A stretch of DNA of 64,000 nucleotides, taken from positions 3,552,001 through 3,616,000 of the forward strand of contig OZ243927.1 of assembly GCA_965213925.1 (NCBI GenBank), given 5' to 3'. Positions 37,098 to 48,221 of the stretch are shown piece by piece; within the stretch, counting starts at the first letter, position 1, and each line of letters begins with the position of its first letter. The notes under the pieces are model-generated. The model had not been told where the DNA came from. It was given only the letters and a program-made list of their open reading frames with translations, and searched no databases. Both the position numbers and the translations under genes were made by a program. This DNA comes from Trueperaceae bacterium. Lineage in GTDB: Bacteria > Deinococcota > Deinococci > Deinococcales > Trueperaceae.

Positions 37098-39446
37098 TCA
37101 GTCACCGGGGACGAGCGTCTTGGCCTCGGTTAGGGACCGCACCGCTTCAACTGCCTCTAAAACCGCTTCCGGCGTCGCAGGCGAGGCGAGCGCGACCTCT
37201 CCCCCATCCCCAAACGCCGCCACCGCCTCTTTGAGCGCGGCACGAACCGAGAGCGCTAACATAAAGGGCGGCTCCCCCACCGCTTTCGAGCCGTAGATGG
37301 TTCCGTCTTGCGCGGCGCGTTCTAAGAGGTGAACGTTGAATGTCTTGGGTACTTCGCTGATGGTCGGAATCTTGTACGTGCTCGGCGCACTCGTTAGAAA
37401 GCGTCCTTCGTCGTCCCAGACGAGTTCTTCAGTGGTGAGCCAGCCCAAGCCCTGCACGAAACCGCCTTCGATCTGCCCTCTGTCTACGAGCGGGTTCAAA
37501 GACGCGCCCACGTCGTGGACGATGTCTATTCGTCTGAGCTTGTACTGACCCGTAAAGCCGTCCACCTCGACCTCGCTGACCGCTGCGCCGAAAGCGTAGT
37601 AGGCGAAGGGGCGACCTCTCCCCTTTTCGGCGTCGTAGTGGAGGTTCGGCGTGCGGTAGTAGCCTGCGGCGAAGAGCGGGATTTGCTCCAAGTACGCCCG
37701 CTGCACCGCTTCGGAAAACGACACACGCTCGCTCGGTGCGCCCGGATTGTAGATGAAGTCGTCCTCGAAAACCAAATCCTCGGGCGCGTTGAGCCCTAGC
37801 ATGGTCGCCGCCACCTCTGCCAAGCGTGAGCGCAGCGTCCCGCACGCCTCTTTGACCGCCTGCCCGTTGAGGTCGCTGCCGCTGCTCGCCGCCGTCGGTG
37901 AGGTGTTAGGTATTTTATCCGTCGCGGTGGGCATCTGCCGAAAGCGAGAGGTGGAGACGCCTAGCGTCTTCGCTGCGACCTGGAGCATCTTCGTGTGAAG
38001 CCCTTGCCCCATCTCCGTGCCGCCGTGATTGAGCTGAATGCTCCCGTCTAGGTAGATAAGGACCAACGCGCCCGCTTGGTTCATCGGCGTGTTGGTAAAC
38101 GAAATGCCGAACTTGACAGGTAAAACGGCTAAGCCGCGTTTTTTGAAGGGGTTTGCGGTGTTGAAGCTCGAGACCTCTTCCTTACGCCGCTCAAAATCCG
38201 CTACGTCTCTCGCTTCGTCCCACACACGCCGGATGCGGTTGCCGATGACCTCTTGACCGTAGTGCGTCGTGTTCGCCTCGCGCTCCGCCTCGACGAGCCT
38301 ATTACCCTCTTTATAGAAGTTGCGCCCCCTCACCGCTTCAGGGGAGAGGTTCAAGCTCCGCGCTACGCGGTCTATGACCTCTTCTACGACGAGCATCCCT
38401 TGGGGACCGCCGAAGCCGCGAAACGCCGTCTGCGAGGTTTTGTTCGTCTTGGCGACGTGCCCCGTGACCTCTAAGTGCGGCACGAAGTAGCAGTTGTCGA
38501 TATGGAACATCGCGCGGCCCATCACAGGCGCGGAGAGGTCAGAGCACCAGCCGCCGTCACTGGTGAGATTGACGCTCAGCGCAGTGAGCCGCCCCTCGTC
38601 CGTGAAGCCGACCTTGTAACGTCCTAAAAAGGGGTGGCGCTTGCCCGTCATCACCATGTCCTGCTCGCGGCTTAGGCGCACACGCACGCTCTTCCCCGTT
38701 TTCTGTGCGGCTAGCGCCGCCACCGCCGCGTAGGGGTTCGCCTGCGACTCCTTGCCGCCGAAGCCGCCGCCCATACGCAGACAGGTCACGACGACCTGGT
38801 TGCGCGGCACGCCTAAGACCTTGGCGACCACGCTTTGCGTCTCGGTAGGGTGCTGCGTCGAGGAGACGACGTGGGTGTAGCCCTCCGCGTCTACGGACGC
38901 CCAACTGGTTTGGGTCTCCAAGTAAAAATGGTCTTGCCCGCCAATAAAGATTTCGCCCTGCAAGGTTCGCGCGGACCTCTTGAGCCCCCCTTGCGGGTCG
39001 CCGCGCCGGATGATTTGGGGAGTTCCGTGAAAGGAATCGGAGGCGATAGCGGCTTCTACTGTTAGAAGAGGTTCCAACGCTTCGTATTCGACTATGACCT
39101 CTTGCGCCCCATTTCGCGCCGCCCCATCGTCCTCGGCGATGACCCATACGACAGGCTGTCCCCAATAGAAAACTTCGTCTACGGGCAGCAAGACCTCATC
39201 AAAGTTATGACCGCTCGAGTCGTTCTCCCCCGTCACATCTTCATGCGTCAGGACGGTGACGACGCCGGGACACTCGTACACGTTTGACACGTCGAGACTG
39301 ACAATCCGCGCTCTCGCATGAGGGGAGAGAACCGGGTACGCCGTGAGCATCCCTTGCGTGCGCGGCTGGTCGTCTGTATAGACTGCTCGCCCGCTCACGT
39401 GATGGTGGGCGCTCTCGTGGCGCTTTTCTTTGCCCTGTTTGCTCAC
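37098..39446 (-). CDS. xdhB: Xanthine dehydrogenase molybdopterin subunit
   Basis: GGQDHFYLE, RMGGGFGGKESQ, AFRGFGGPQG, SKAVGEPP. Confidence 0.96.
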   Translation of the reverse strand: MSKQGKEKRHESAHHHVSGRAVYTDDQPRTQGMLTAYPVLSPHARARIVSLDVSNVYECPGVVTVLTHEDVTGENDSSGHNFDEVLLPVDEVFYWGQPVVWVIAEDDGAARNGAQEVIVEYEALEPLLTVEAAIASDSFHGTPQIIRRGDPQGGLKRSARTLQGEIFIGGQDHFYLETQTSWASVDAEGYTHVVSSTQHPTETQSVVAKVLGVPRNQVVVTCLRMGGGFGGKESQANPYAAVAALAAQKTGKSVRVRLSREQDMVMTGKRHPFLGRYKVGFTDEGRLTALSVNLTSDGGWCSDLSAPVMGRAMFHIDNCYFVPHLEVTGHVAKTNKTSQTAFRGFGGPQGMLVVEEVIDRVARSLNLSPEAVRGRNFYKEGNRLVEAEREANTTHYGQEVIGNRIRRVWDEARDVADFERRKEEVSSFNTANPFKKRGLAVLPVKFGISFTNTPMNQAGALVLIYLDGSIQLNHGGTEMGQGLHTKMLQVAAKTLGVSTSRFRQMPTATDKIPNTSPTAASSGSDLNGQAVKEACGTLRSRLAEVAATMLGLNAPEDLVFEDDFIYNPGAPSERVSFSEAVQRAYLEQIPLFAAGYYRTPNLHYDAEKGRGRPFAYYAFGAAVSEVEVDGFTGQYKLRRIDIVHDVGASLNPLVDRGQIEGGFVQGLGWLTTEELVWDDEGRFLTSAPSTYKIPTISEVPKTFNVHLLERAAQDGTIYGSKAVGEPPFMLALSVRAALKEAVAAFGDGGEVALASPATPEAVLEAVEAVRSLTEAKTLVPGD

Positions 39447-40831
39447 GCGGCGACTTTCCCGAGAGAACTGCTGAACTCGTAGAAAAACTTTTCGAAAAGG
39501 TTGCTTATGAGCCTGTTTCGGTACGCCGCGCTGCCGCGCAGGTCGTCGATCGGCGCAAAGGTCGTTCTCAAGACCTCTTTGACCTCTCTCACCGTTTGGA
39601 CGTTCCAGGGTTGACCGCTTAGCGCCTCTTCAGCCGCAACCGCTCGCATAGGCGTCGCCGCGACCCCGCCGTAAGCGAGCCTCGAGTGGACCACATACCC
39701 TTCGTTATCTACATCCACCGTAAACGCCGCCGCCACGATGCTGATATCATCTGCGCCTCGCTTGCCCACTTTATAGGCTTGGCTCAAACGTTTGGCTGCA
39801 CCGCCCCTGACCTCTTTAGGAATCCGCACTGAGACGATAACTTCGCCTGGCTCTAAACTCGTTTGGCGGTAGGCTTTGAAAAACTCGGCAATGGGAACAA
39901 TACGCTCGCCTTCTGCACCTGCAAGTTTAAGCTCCGCGTCTAAGGCGAGTAGCACCGGGGGCAAATCACCAATCGGTGACGCTGTGCCCAAATTGCCCCC
40001 TAACGTCGCCCGGTTGCGAATCTGCCGCGCGGCGAACCAGCGGAGCATTTCGTCTAGGGCAGGGAACATGCCTTTGCATTCTTTTTCGATTTGGGTGAGA
40101 GGGGTGGCTGCACCTAGCTCGAGATAGCTAGAGGTAGCATCTATAGTCTTTAGCTCCCCGACCTCTTCTAAAGAGATGAGTACAGGAAATTCGCGGTGAA
40201 ACTTGTTGATTTCCACGCCCAAATCCGTACCCCCTGCGATGAGCTTGGCGTCTGAATGCTCCGCCATGAGCGAGAAGACCTCTTGTAGGCTCGAGGGGCG
40301 GAAGAAGCGTTTCTCACCACACTGATAAGCGGTTGAGAGGTGAGAGGAAGGCGTCGGACGCTGTGAAGAGGGAATTTCTAGCGCAGGGTCTAACCGCTCC
40401 ATCGCTCGGCGGATCGGCAAGTACCCTGTGCAGCGGCACAAGTTCCCCTCGATCGCCTCGTCATTCAGCTCGCCGTTACTCTGCGCCGCGACCATGCTCA
40501 TGATAAAACCCGGCGTGCAGTAGCCACACTGCGAGCCGCCCGTCTCGACCATCGCTCGTTGCACAGGGTGAAGTTCGCCGTTGGCGACGCCCTCCACCGT
40601 CAAGAGGTCTTTATTCATTACCGACGCGAGCGGAACTAAGCAGCTATTGACAGCCTGAACGCGCTCACCCCCCCGAATCACTACCGTGCACGCGCCGCAG
40701 TCCCCTTCGGCGCAGCCCTCCTTCGTGCCGACATCCCCACGCTGCCGTAAAAAGGTGAGCAGAGGCGTGGTGGGCGAAACGCCCGTCACCTTCTCCTCTT
40801 TGCCGTTGATCGTTAGCGTGAATTCAGTCAT
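39443..40831 (-). CDS. xdhA: Xanthine dehydrogenase 2Fe-2S/FAD subunit
   Basis: GTKEGCAEGDCGAC, QCGYCTPG, GNLCRCTGY, AGGTD. Confidence 0.96.
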   Translation of the reverse strand: MTEFTLTINGKEEKVTGVSPTTPLLTFLRQRGDVGTKEGCAEGDCGACTVVIRGGERVQAVNSCLVPLASVMNKDLLTVEGVANGELHPVQRAMVETGGSQCGYCTPGFIMSMVAAQSNGELNDEAIEGNLCRCTGYLPIRRAMERLDPALEIPSSQRPTPSSHLSTAYQCGEKRFFRPSSLQEVFSLMAEHSDAKLIAGGTDLGVEINKFHREFPVLISLEEVGELKTIDATSSYLELGAATPLTQIEKECKGMFPALDEMLRWFAARQIRNRATLGGNLGTASPIGDLPPVLLALDAELKLAGAEGERIVPIAEFFKAYRQTSLEPGEVIVSVRIPKEVRGGAAKRLSQAYKVGKRGADDISIVAAAFTVDVDNEGYVVHSRLAYGGVAATPMRAVAAEEALSGQPWNVQTVREVKEVLRTTFAPIDDLRGSAAYRNRLISNLFEKFFYEFSSSLGKVAA

Positions 40832-41006
40832 TTAGGCTCCGGTGGGTTTAAGAAGGTATAGAAAAGTTGTGAGGGAAAGGGCTCGAGATGTGCAGGACTG
40901 ATGTGCCTTACTCAATTCCGCTAAGCAAGGTCGAATTCACCTATTTTAGCAGGTTCAGAGCGTGGGCTCTATGAGCTTTTGGGAGAACTCGAAAAGTAGA
41001 GAAAGT

Positions 41007-42560
41007 TCAATTCGATTGAGCATCCACCTTTTCCTCAAGCTGCTCCTGTTGTAATAGCTGTTCAACTCTGTCCAAAAATTCTCCAAAATCTGTACCCTCT
41101 ACATCTTCTAAAGACATTGCTCGAGCAATATTAAAGTTCTTTTTCTTGACATTGAAACGTATTTGCTCTTCCAATTTCTTCTTCGAATCAATCTCCGTCA
41201 CATCAGAAGGAATTTGACCTCCATATTCTTTTCTCAAAGCCTCGAGAGTAAAATAGTTCTCGATAGCATACTTTTCTAGTCGTGCTACATCTATACCCAG
41301 ATGTTCGCAGTTCTCCAAAAACTTTCGTCTGACCGATTCGCTACCAGGGTCATTATCAACTAAAGCCATGATCTTATAACTTTGAGCCAAAACCGTGAGG
41401 TCAACTCTATCCATAGTATCACCGCCCAAAAACCAAAACTTGATAGAGTAATTTTCCGTTAACCCCTTTTTCCTCAAAAATTCTTCGATAACGGGAATGT
41501 CGCTTGGTCCTTCAGCTAGAATAACCATATCAGATACGACATTGTCAGCGACATCGTATCCGAGTTCATTAAGCGCTAGAGCTTTACTGGTTATGTCGGA
41601 GACTTGAATTTGACCCTCAACCTTTTGCGTGAGGAACATCTTGCTTGCAAAGCGACTGTCTAGGAAGATGCTGGAGTGAGTTGTGAGGATGAACTGTTTA
41701 TCATTACGCCCAGCGAGAAACTCGAGAAGTTTTCTCTGTATCTCTGGGTGCAGATGATTTTCAGGCTCTTCAATCATCACCAAACTGTGTTTAGAGTGGA
41801 TAGCAAAGTATAGAATCACGACTATGTCGCGAAAACCGAGACCCACTTCGTCAGCGAACTGCCAATGCTCACCATCTTCTGATACAGATAACTTGGCGCT
41901 GTCACCATCTACTTCAACATCAATTTGGTAGTCACTCGTAACAAAAGTAAAAGCGCTACAGAATTCTTCAAAGAGTTTACGTTCAGGATGACTCCTGTTC
42001 TTATTTTTCGCATTAAATAGCGCTGCTATAACTCCATTACCCTGTACATCGACGCTTGTCTCACGTGAATCTTGGTATGCGGGTAAAGTTCGTTTCGGCG
42101 GTACTAAAACAATAGCATCAGAAGCAAAAGGCATCATCTCTTCTAGCGCTCTTTCGACACCAGAAGGACGGTCATACCCTAGCCTATTGATCCTGTCTAT
42201 ATCTTGGACTATCAGAAGAAGCAACTCAGATAGTTCATCTTTACGCCAAATTGACTTCGTTGGAAAAGTAGATAATAGCCGTTCGCGCACCTCTTCTTTC
42301 TGTCGATAAATGCTTCGATTTGCAAAATGTTCAATCTTGTCCAAAACTTCACCAAGGAACTCTCTGTCTGATTCCAGATTTACTGTAGGTACAACGTACT
42401 CGAGAGCTTGCTTATCTTTCTTGTTTTTGGTGGCTAGCGCAGTGAGCAATCTAGTCTTACCAGAATTATTTTTGCCGCAGACTACTGTAACTCTTCCCAA
42501 ATCAGTGAACTGGGCATCTGAGATATCAGGAAAATCTTTAAGTAAGAAGCTTTTGGGCAC
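41007..42560 (-). CDS. OLD-family ABC ATPase-TOPRIM nuclease (low GC)
   Basis: Walker A GKNNSGKT, Walker B IEEPENHLHP, TTHS switch, TOPRIM AEGPSD and DND. Confidence 0.88.
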   Translation of the reverse strand: MPKSFLLKDFPDISDAQFTDLGRVTVVCGKNNSGKTRLLTALATKNKKDKQALEYVVPTVNLESDREFLGEVLDKIEHFANRSIYRQKEEVRERLLSTFPTKSIWRKDELSELLLLIVQDIDRINRLGYDRPSGVERALEEMMPFASDAIVLVPPKRTLPAYQDSRETSVDVQGNGVIAALFNAKNKNRSHPERKLFEEFCSAFTFVTSDYQIDVEVDGDSAKLSVSEDGEHWQFADEVGLGFRDIVVILYFAIHSKHSLVMIEEPENHLHPEIQRKLLEFLAGRNDKQFILTTHSSIFLDSRFASKMFLTQKVEGQIQVSDITSKALALNELGYDVADNVVSDMVILAEGPSDIPVIEEFLRKKGLTENYSIKFWFLGGDTMDRVDLTVLAQSYKIMALVDNDPGSESVRRKFLENCEHLGIDVARLEKYAIENYFTLEALRKEYGGQIPSDVTEIDSKKKLEEQIRFNVKKKNFNIARAMSLEDVEGTDFGEFLDRVEQLLQQEQLEEKVDAQSN

Positions 42561-42590
42561 ACAATATTCTAACCTTCAGCGTAGATACAT

Positions 42591-43568
42591 CTAACTCACT
42601 TCAGGTACGTAGCAGCGAATAACAACCCCATCACCGCTCAGCACGTACTCCCCTAATGACGCAGGCAGGACCGCTGTCTCACCTTTGCTCAAAGAAACCT
42701 CTTCCGCGCCCGCTCGCAGCGTCACCTCGCCCTCCACAGCCGTAAGAATCTCCAAGCTCGTCTCACGCACCTCTTCGCGCTGTTCGCCTGACACCTGCCA
42801 CCTCTCCGCCGCAAAATGTTCCGCGCGTAAAAGCTGTGTCTTGTTCTCCGAAAGAGGTTCGCTTTTCACTTTCGCCCGCTCGCCCGCTGTAAGATCAAGG
42901 ACATCCAGCGCCTTGTCCACGTGCAGCTCGCGCGCGCTGCCCGAGGCGTCGCGCCTTCCGTAATCGTACAAACGGTACGTGAGGTCGCTCGACTGCTGAA
43001 TCTCGAAGAGGAGCGTGCCCGCGCCGATGGCGTGAAGGGTTCCAGCGGGGTTATAAATCACATCACCGGTTTGAATCGGCACGACGTTGAGGTGAGGCTC
43101 GAGCCGCTCTTCCTGAATCGCTCGCCGCACCTCTTCCTCAGTCATCTCATCCTTAAAACCCCAGATGATGGTCGCGTCATCCTCCGCCGCCAAGATGACC
43201 CACGCTTCCGTTTTGCCCAAGTAGCCCGAACCTGCTTCGTGTTCCTTAGCGTATGTGTCGTCAGGGTGGACCTGAATCGAGAGGGGTTTATCCGCGCCGA
43301 TGAACTTGGCGAGCAGCGGGAACTGCGCGCCGTAACGCTCAGCCGAGAGCGTTCCTAAAAGGTCCGCGCCGTGCGCCTCGGCAACGTCGGCGAGCGTTTT
43401 GCCCATCAAGTCGCCGTTGGTGACGCGGTTATCCGCGTAGACGAGCCAGACTTCGCCCAAGGGCTCGTCGCCCCCATCCTCGATCCGCAAAAAGTCAGCG
43501 AGCCCGCCGCCGCCCCAGAGTTTTTGGCTGAGTTTGGGCTCTAATTTAAGTGGATAGAGCTTAGTCAT
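42591..43568 (-). CDS. manA: Mannose-6-phosphate isomerase, class I
   Basis: WGG, FPLLAK, LSIQVHPDD, GKTEAW, EIQQSSDLTYRLYDY. Confidence 0.93.
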   Translation of the reverse strand: MTKLYPLKLEPKLSQKLWGGGGLADFLRIEDGGDEPLGEVWLVYADNRVTNGDLMGKTLADVAEAHGADLLGTLSAERYGAQFPLLAKFIGADKPLSIQVHPDDTYAKEHEAGSGYLGKTEAWVILAAEDDATIIWGFKDEMTEEEVRRAIQEERLEPHLNVVPIQTGDVIYNPAGTLHAIGAGTLLFEIQQSSDLTYRLYDYGRRDASGSARELHVDKALDVLDLTAGERAKVKSEPLSENKTQLLRAEHFAAERWQVSGEQREEVRETSLEILTAVEGEVTLRAGAEEVSLSKGETAVLPASLGEYVLSGDGVVIRCYVPEVS

Positions 43569-43722
43569 ACGGCGCGTCCTTATATCTAATTGTCATAGAA
43601 ATACTTTACCTCATGATAAGAGAGAGCCAGTCAGCGGGTCAGGACAAACCAAAAAGCTGACCCGCTGACCCGCTTCCCAACTGAGAACTTTTGTTACGCT
43701 CAGGTGAGAAAAAAGAGGTAGG

Positions 43723-44388
43723 ATGGAGGAAGGCAGCACCTCAAATAAGATGCTCGAGACTCTATCTGACTTTCTCAACCAAGCCGGCGCGTTCGCGCCC
43801 CTCGTCTATATCTCCTTCTTTCTCGCGACGGCGCTCTTGCCCTTTATCCCAACGCCCGTGGTGGTCGCCTTGGGCGGTAGTATGCTGGGCTCGATTCCCG
43901 CCATCGGCTACGGCGTCATCGGTTTGGGACTCGGAGCGTATCTTGCGCTCAAGCTCTCGCGCACGCTGGGACGTCCGGTGGTGATTCGCATGGTCGGCGC
44001 GAAGGCGTGGGAGGAGTGGGAATACCTCTTGGGGATTCGCTCGCCCGCGCTGTGGGGTCTCATTTTCTTCCTCTTAAACATCGACTTCGCGGTGGTGGCG
44101 GCGGGGCTCTCGAGCGTCCCCATGTGGCAGCTCTGGCTGAGCGCCGTGATTGCGCGGCTCCCTTGGCTCGTGCTGAGCGCCTTTTTCGGCGAGTCGCTCT
44201 TGCGCCCGGAGATGCTACCGCTCGCGGTGACGATCGTGGTTGCGCTTATCGTCGCGATTCACTTTATGCGGAAGAAACTGCGCCACTATCTCGTAGAGAA
44301 GCAGATCGCGGAGCAGGGCTTAGGGAAGAGCTTACCGCCCGCTAAGCCTAAGCTCGCGAAGAAAGACTTGTCGAAGACGGATAGGTAA
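43723..44388 (+). CDS. TVP38/VTT (DedA superfamily) membrane protein
   Basis: LPFIPTPVVVALGG, SRTLGR, hydrophobic profile. Confidence 0.8.
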   Translation: MEEGSTSNKMLETLSDFLNQAGAFAPLVYISFFLATALLPFIPTPVVVALGGSMLGSIPAIGYGVIGLGLGAYLALKLSRTLGRPVVIRMVGAKAWEEWEYLLGIRSPALWGLIFFLLNIDFAVVAAGLSSVPMWQLWLSAVIARLPWLVLSAFFGESLLRPEMLPLAVTIVVALIVAIHFMRKKLRHYLVEKQIAEQGLGKSLPPAKPKLAKKDLSKTDR

Positions 44389-44475
44389 GAGTGATTAGCA
44401 CAATCTAAACGCTAGAAGCCTCTCACCATATGTGAGAACTCATATGCAGGAAGCGCATTAGTCAGCTAAACGCAC

Positions 44476-45849
44476 CTAATCCAGCGGTATCTTCTTCCCC
44501 GGATTGAGAATATTTTCGGGTCCAGTGCGCGTTTAAGCGTCTTCATGACCTCTAGCGACGCGCCGTGCTCTTCGTCCATGTAGCGCATCTTCCGCACACC
44601 GACGCCGTGCTCACCCGTGGAGGTACCGCCGAGTTTGAGCGCTAACTTGACAAGTTGATGACTGACCTCTTCCACCTTTTCCTTGACGGTTTGGTCCTCT
44701 TTATCGAAGAAGATAGCCAGGTGAAAGTTACCGTCGCCGACGTGACCGACGAGATACGCGGTGAGCCCCTCTTGCTCGCACAGCTCTAAAGAGGTCGTGA
44801 CCGCTTCGGGGAGTTCGGAAATCGGTACGGCGAGGTCAGTGACGACGCTGCTCTTGCCGGGGTTCGCGGCGACGGTGGCGTAGTAGGTGTTGTGGCGAGC
44901 GTTCCAGAGTTTTTCTCGCTCCTCGGGGTCGGTGCTCGAGTCGAACGCCAGTGCGCCGACCTCTTCCGCCAGCTCTTTCGCCAACGCCGCCTCCGCCTCA
45001 ACACCCACCGGGTTGCCGTGAAACTCCAAAAAGACCGTCATCTCTTCGGGGTAGTCCGTTCCCTGATGCGCGTTGACCGCTTCGATACTTTTCGGGTCAA
45101 TCAACTCGCACCGCGCGACGGGAATCCCTGCTTGAATCAAGGTTGTGACGAACTGCGTCGCCGCTTTTACATCTTTGAAGGGAACCCGCGCCGCCGACGC
45201 CGCTTCGGGCAGTCCGGTGAGCCGCACCGTCACCTCGGTGATGACACCTAGCGTCCCTTCTGCGCCGCAGTAGAGTCTGGTGAGGTTGTAACCGCTCGAG
45301 GACTTGCGCGACTTCGAGCCCGTACGAATGATCTCACCTGTCGGCGTGACGATCTCGAGCCCCAAGATGAAAGTCCGCCGTCACCCCGTAGCGCACCGCC
45401 GCTGTACCCGAAGCGTTGGTCGAGACCATCCCGCCGAGCGAAGCGTGCGCGCCTGGGTCAACGGGGAAGAAGAGCCCGTCGCGGCGCGTGCGTTCGTTGA
45501 TCTGCGGATACGTCACGGCGGGCTGCACGCGCATCAGCAGGTCTTGGGGTGAGTATTCGACGATCTGGTCCATGCGCCCCATGTCGAGGGAGATGCCGCC
45601 GCGCAAGGGAACGGTGTGACCTTCGAGGCTCGAGTTCGACCCGACAGGCGTGATGGGAATACCGTGCTCATAGGCGAAATTAACCACGCGCTGCACCTCT
45701 TCGGCGGATTCGGGATAGACCACCGCGTCCGGCAAGACCGCCTCGTCGTACGACTCGCCCTTGCCATGCTGCTCCAGTACGGACGCGCTCGTGCTCACCT
45801 GCTCGGGGCGTAAAAACGCCGTCAAGTCCTGCGCTACGCTTTTAATCAT
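44476..45849 (-). CDS. FAD-linked oxidase (D-lactate dehydrogenase/GlcD family), frameshifted in this sequence
   Basis: FPVDPG, GHVGDGNFH, GEHGVG; removing one base at 45370-45372 joins both ORFs; adding one A near 44515 restores DPKNILNPGK. Confidence 0.85.
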
Positions 45850-45905
45850 GCCTTAGAGTACGCTTCTTAGCGTGCCGATACAACGTTTGTACGAGTGCGG
45901 ACGGC

Positions 45906-45989
45906 GTAGGGGGGATTCATGAATCCCCCCTACTTCGACTACAGTGCAATACGACGCTGCGTAGGGGCGGGTTTGAAACTCACCCCTAC
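45906..45989. repeat. Pair of GTAG-type REP palindromes
   Basis: GTAGGGGGGATTCATGAATCCCCCCTAC and GTAGGGGCGGGTTTGAAACTCACCCCTAC. Confidence 0.85.
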
Positions 45990-46049
45990 TAACCGACCTT
46001 TGAACGCAGAAATATCCCTCGAGCCCAACGCAAAATCTATAGCATCACC

Positions 46050-46844
46050 CTAGTTCGGCACAGCCTCTTTTCGGCAGGCGTGCGCGATCTCCTCGGCGAG
46101 CGAGCGGACGTCGCGTCCCTGCTCCAGACCGGCTATAAGCGCCGAGCCGACCACTACGCCGTCGGCGACGGCGGCGACGGGGCGCGCGGTTTGCGCGTTC
46201 GCCACGCCGAACCCCACCGCGACGGGCAGATCGCTCACCGCCTTGACGCGGGAGACGAGATTCGGCACGTCGGCGGGGAGCGCGTCCCTTGCACCGGTCA
46301 CGCCCGTGACCGACACGGCGTAGACGAAGCCGCGGCACGCCTCCGTGACAAGCCTAAGCCGCGCTTCGGTCGAGGTCGGTGCCACCAGAAAGACCGTGTC
46401 TAGGTCGGCATCTCGAGCCGCCCGGATGAACGTGTCGCCCTCGTCGGGGGGCAAGTCGGGCAAGATGACGCCGTCCGCGCCCGCCACCTTGAGGTCGGCG
46501 GCGAAGCCCGTCTCGCCGCCCCGGTAACAGTAGATGGGGTTGTAGTAGGTCATCATCACGATGGCTTTGTCGCTCGTCTCGCGAAGCTCGCGGATGAGGT
46601 CCAAACTCTTCTGCGTGGTCATACCCTGCGCCAAAGCGCGTTCGGAGGAGCGCTGGATGGTCGGACCGTCGCCCAGAGGGTCGGAGTACGGCAAACCGAC
46701 CTCCAACACGTCGGCGATCTCTAGCAGCGCCCTCGCGGTCTCCAAAAAGGTCGCTTCGTCGGGAAAGCCCGCGGTCAAGAACGGCACGAACGCGGCGCGA
46801 CCCTCCCCCTTCGCCTTCTCAAACGCTCTACCGATACGGCTCAC
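46050..46844 (-). CDS. trpA: Tryptophan synthase alpha chain
   Basis: [39 protein letters not shown]. Confidence 0.96.
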   Translation of the reverse strand: MSRIGRAFEKAKGEGRAAFVPFLTAGFPDEATFLETARALLEIADVLEVGLPYSDPLGDGPTIQRSSERALAQGMTTQKSLDLIRELRETSDKAIVMMTYYNPIYCYRGGETGFAADLKVAGADGVILPDLPPDEGDTFIRAARDADLDTVFLVAPTSTEARLRLVTEACRGFVYAVSVTGVTGARDALPADVPNLVSRVKAVSDLPVAVGFGVANAQTARPVAAVADGVVVGSALIAGLEQGRDVRSLAEEIAHACRKEAVPN

Positions 46845-48064
46845 GACGCCGCCCCCGTTTCTTCGCTCATTTTAAGCACGCGCATCGCTTCGTTGACGTC
46901 CTTGTCGCCGCGTCCCGAGAGGTTGACGACGACGATCTCTTCTGACGACATTGTCGCGGCGAGCTTCATCGCGTAGTAGACAGCGTGAGCGGTCTCGAGC
47001 GCCGGGATGATGCCCTCGATCTCGCTCAGCGCCCGGAACGCCTCCAATGCCTGCGCGTCGTCCACGCCAACGTAGCGCGCCAGCCCCGCGTCCGCGTAGT
47101 ACGAATGCTCCGGCCCGACGCCCGGATAGTCGAGCCCCGCCGAGACCGAGTGCGCGGGCGAAATCTGCCCGTCGCCGTCACTCATCAGGTACATCAGCGC
47201 GCCGTGCAGCACGCCCTTTTTCCCCGCCGAGATGCTCGCCGCGTGCGAGCCCGTCGCGACGCCGTGCCCCGCCGCCTCGACACCGTAGAGCGCCGGCCGT
47301 TCCGAAGCGTCCATGTAGGCGTAGGGCGCAAATAGACCGATCGCGTTCGAGCCACCGCCAACGCACGCCACGACTGCATCCGGGACGCGTCGACCCTCCT
47401 GCGCCTCTAGCTGGGTCAGCGTCTCCCATCCGATGACGCTCTGAAAATCGCGCACGATTTTGGGGTAGGGGTGCGGTCCGACCACCGAGCCGATGATGTA
47501 GAAGGTGTCGCGCACGTTCGTGACCCAGTCGCGGATCGCTTCGTTGGTGGCGTCTTTAAGGGTACGCGTGCCGCTCGTGACGGAGCGCACCTCTGCGCCC
47601 AAGAGCTTCATCCGGAAGACGTTCAGCGCTTGCCGCCGCACGTCCTCTTCGCCCATGTAAACTACGCACTCCAAGCCGAAGAGTGCCGCCGCCGTCGCCG
47701 TCGCCACGCCGTGCTGCCCCGCGCCCGTCTCGGCGATGACGCGCGCCTTGCCGAGCCGCTTGGCTAAAAGCGCCTGCCCGACGGTGTTATTGACCTTATG
47801 CGCGCCCGTATGGTTTAAGTCTTCACGCTTGAGGTAGATTTTTGCGCCGCCGCACCGCTCGGTTAAGTTTTTCGCCAAATAGAGCAGGCTGGGGCGACCC
47901 ACAAACGTCTTCAGGTAGTGGTGAAACTCGGCTTGAAAGCTCTCGTCGTCGGCGGCTTTGTCATAAGCCGCGGTAAGTTCGTCTAGCGCAGGGATGAGCG
48001 TTTCGGGGACGTAGCGCCCGCCGAATTCGCCGTAGCGCCCGCGCGCATTAGGCATGGGAAACAT
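46841..48064 (-). CDS. trpB: Tryptophan synthase beta chain
   Basis: [43 protein letters not shown] 6 nt before ATG 48064. Confidence 0.97.
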   Translation of the reverse strand: MFPMPNARGRYGEFGGRYVPETLIPALDELTAAYDKAADDESFQAEFHHYLKTFVGRPSLLYLAKNLTERCGGAKIYLKREDLNHTGAHKVNNTVGQALLAKRLGKARVIAETGAGQHGVATATAAALFGLECVVYMGEEDVRRQALNVFRMKLLGAEVRSVTSGTRTLKDATNEAIRDWVTNVRDTFYIIGSVVGPHPYPKIVRDFQSVIGWETLTQLEAQEGRRVPDAVVACVGGGSNAIGLFAPYAYMDASERPALYGVEAAGHGVATGSHAASISAGKKGVLHGALMYLMSDGDGQISPAHSVSAGLDYPGVGPEHSYYADAGLARYVGVDDAQALEAFRALSEIEGIIPALETAHAVYYAMKLAATMSSEEIVVVNLSGRGDKDVNEAMRVLKMSEETGAAS

Positions 48065-48221
48065 GGGCAACCTCCGGTGAGGAATTGTGCTTGGGATTAA
48101 AAGGATGAAAAACTAGCGATTTGCTGCCAGCTCAAAGCTAAGCGTTACCGAAACGCTACCAGCGTTGATGGTGCCACTTAAAACTGCGCGGTGTTCTCGT
48201 CCGGTTCACTACGCTAAGTTT

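Noticed and set aside
41007..42560. Gabija or retron system
   Set aside because: No UvrD helicase, reverse transcriptase or msr-msd-like RNA adjacent
44466..45400. FAD oxidase as two genes or with a novel C-terminus
   Set aside because: One extra base at 45370-45372 and one missing base near 44515, both in homopolymers, explain the split and the odd tail
48075..48220. trp attenuator or T-box upstream of trpB (TGGCACC at 48176-48170)
   Set aside because: No Trp-codon leader ORF, no matching antiterminator helices or terminator, and the upstream DNA is an IS relic
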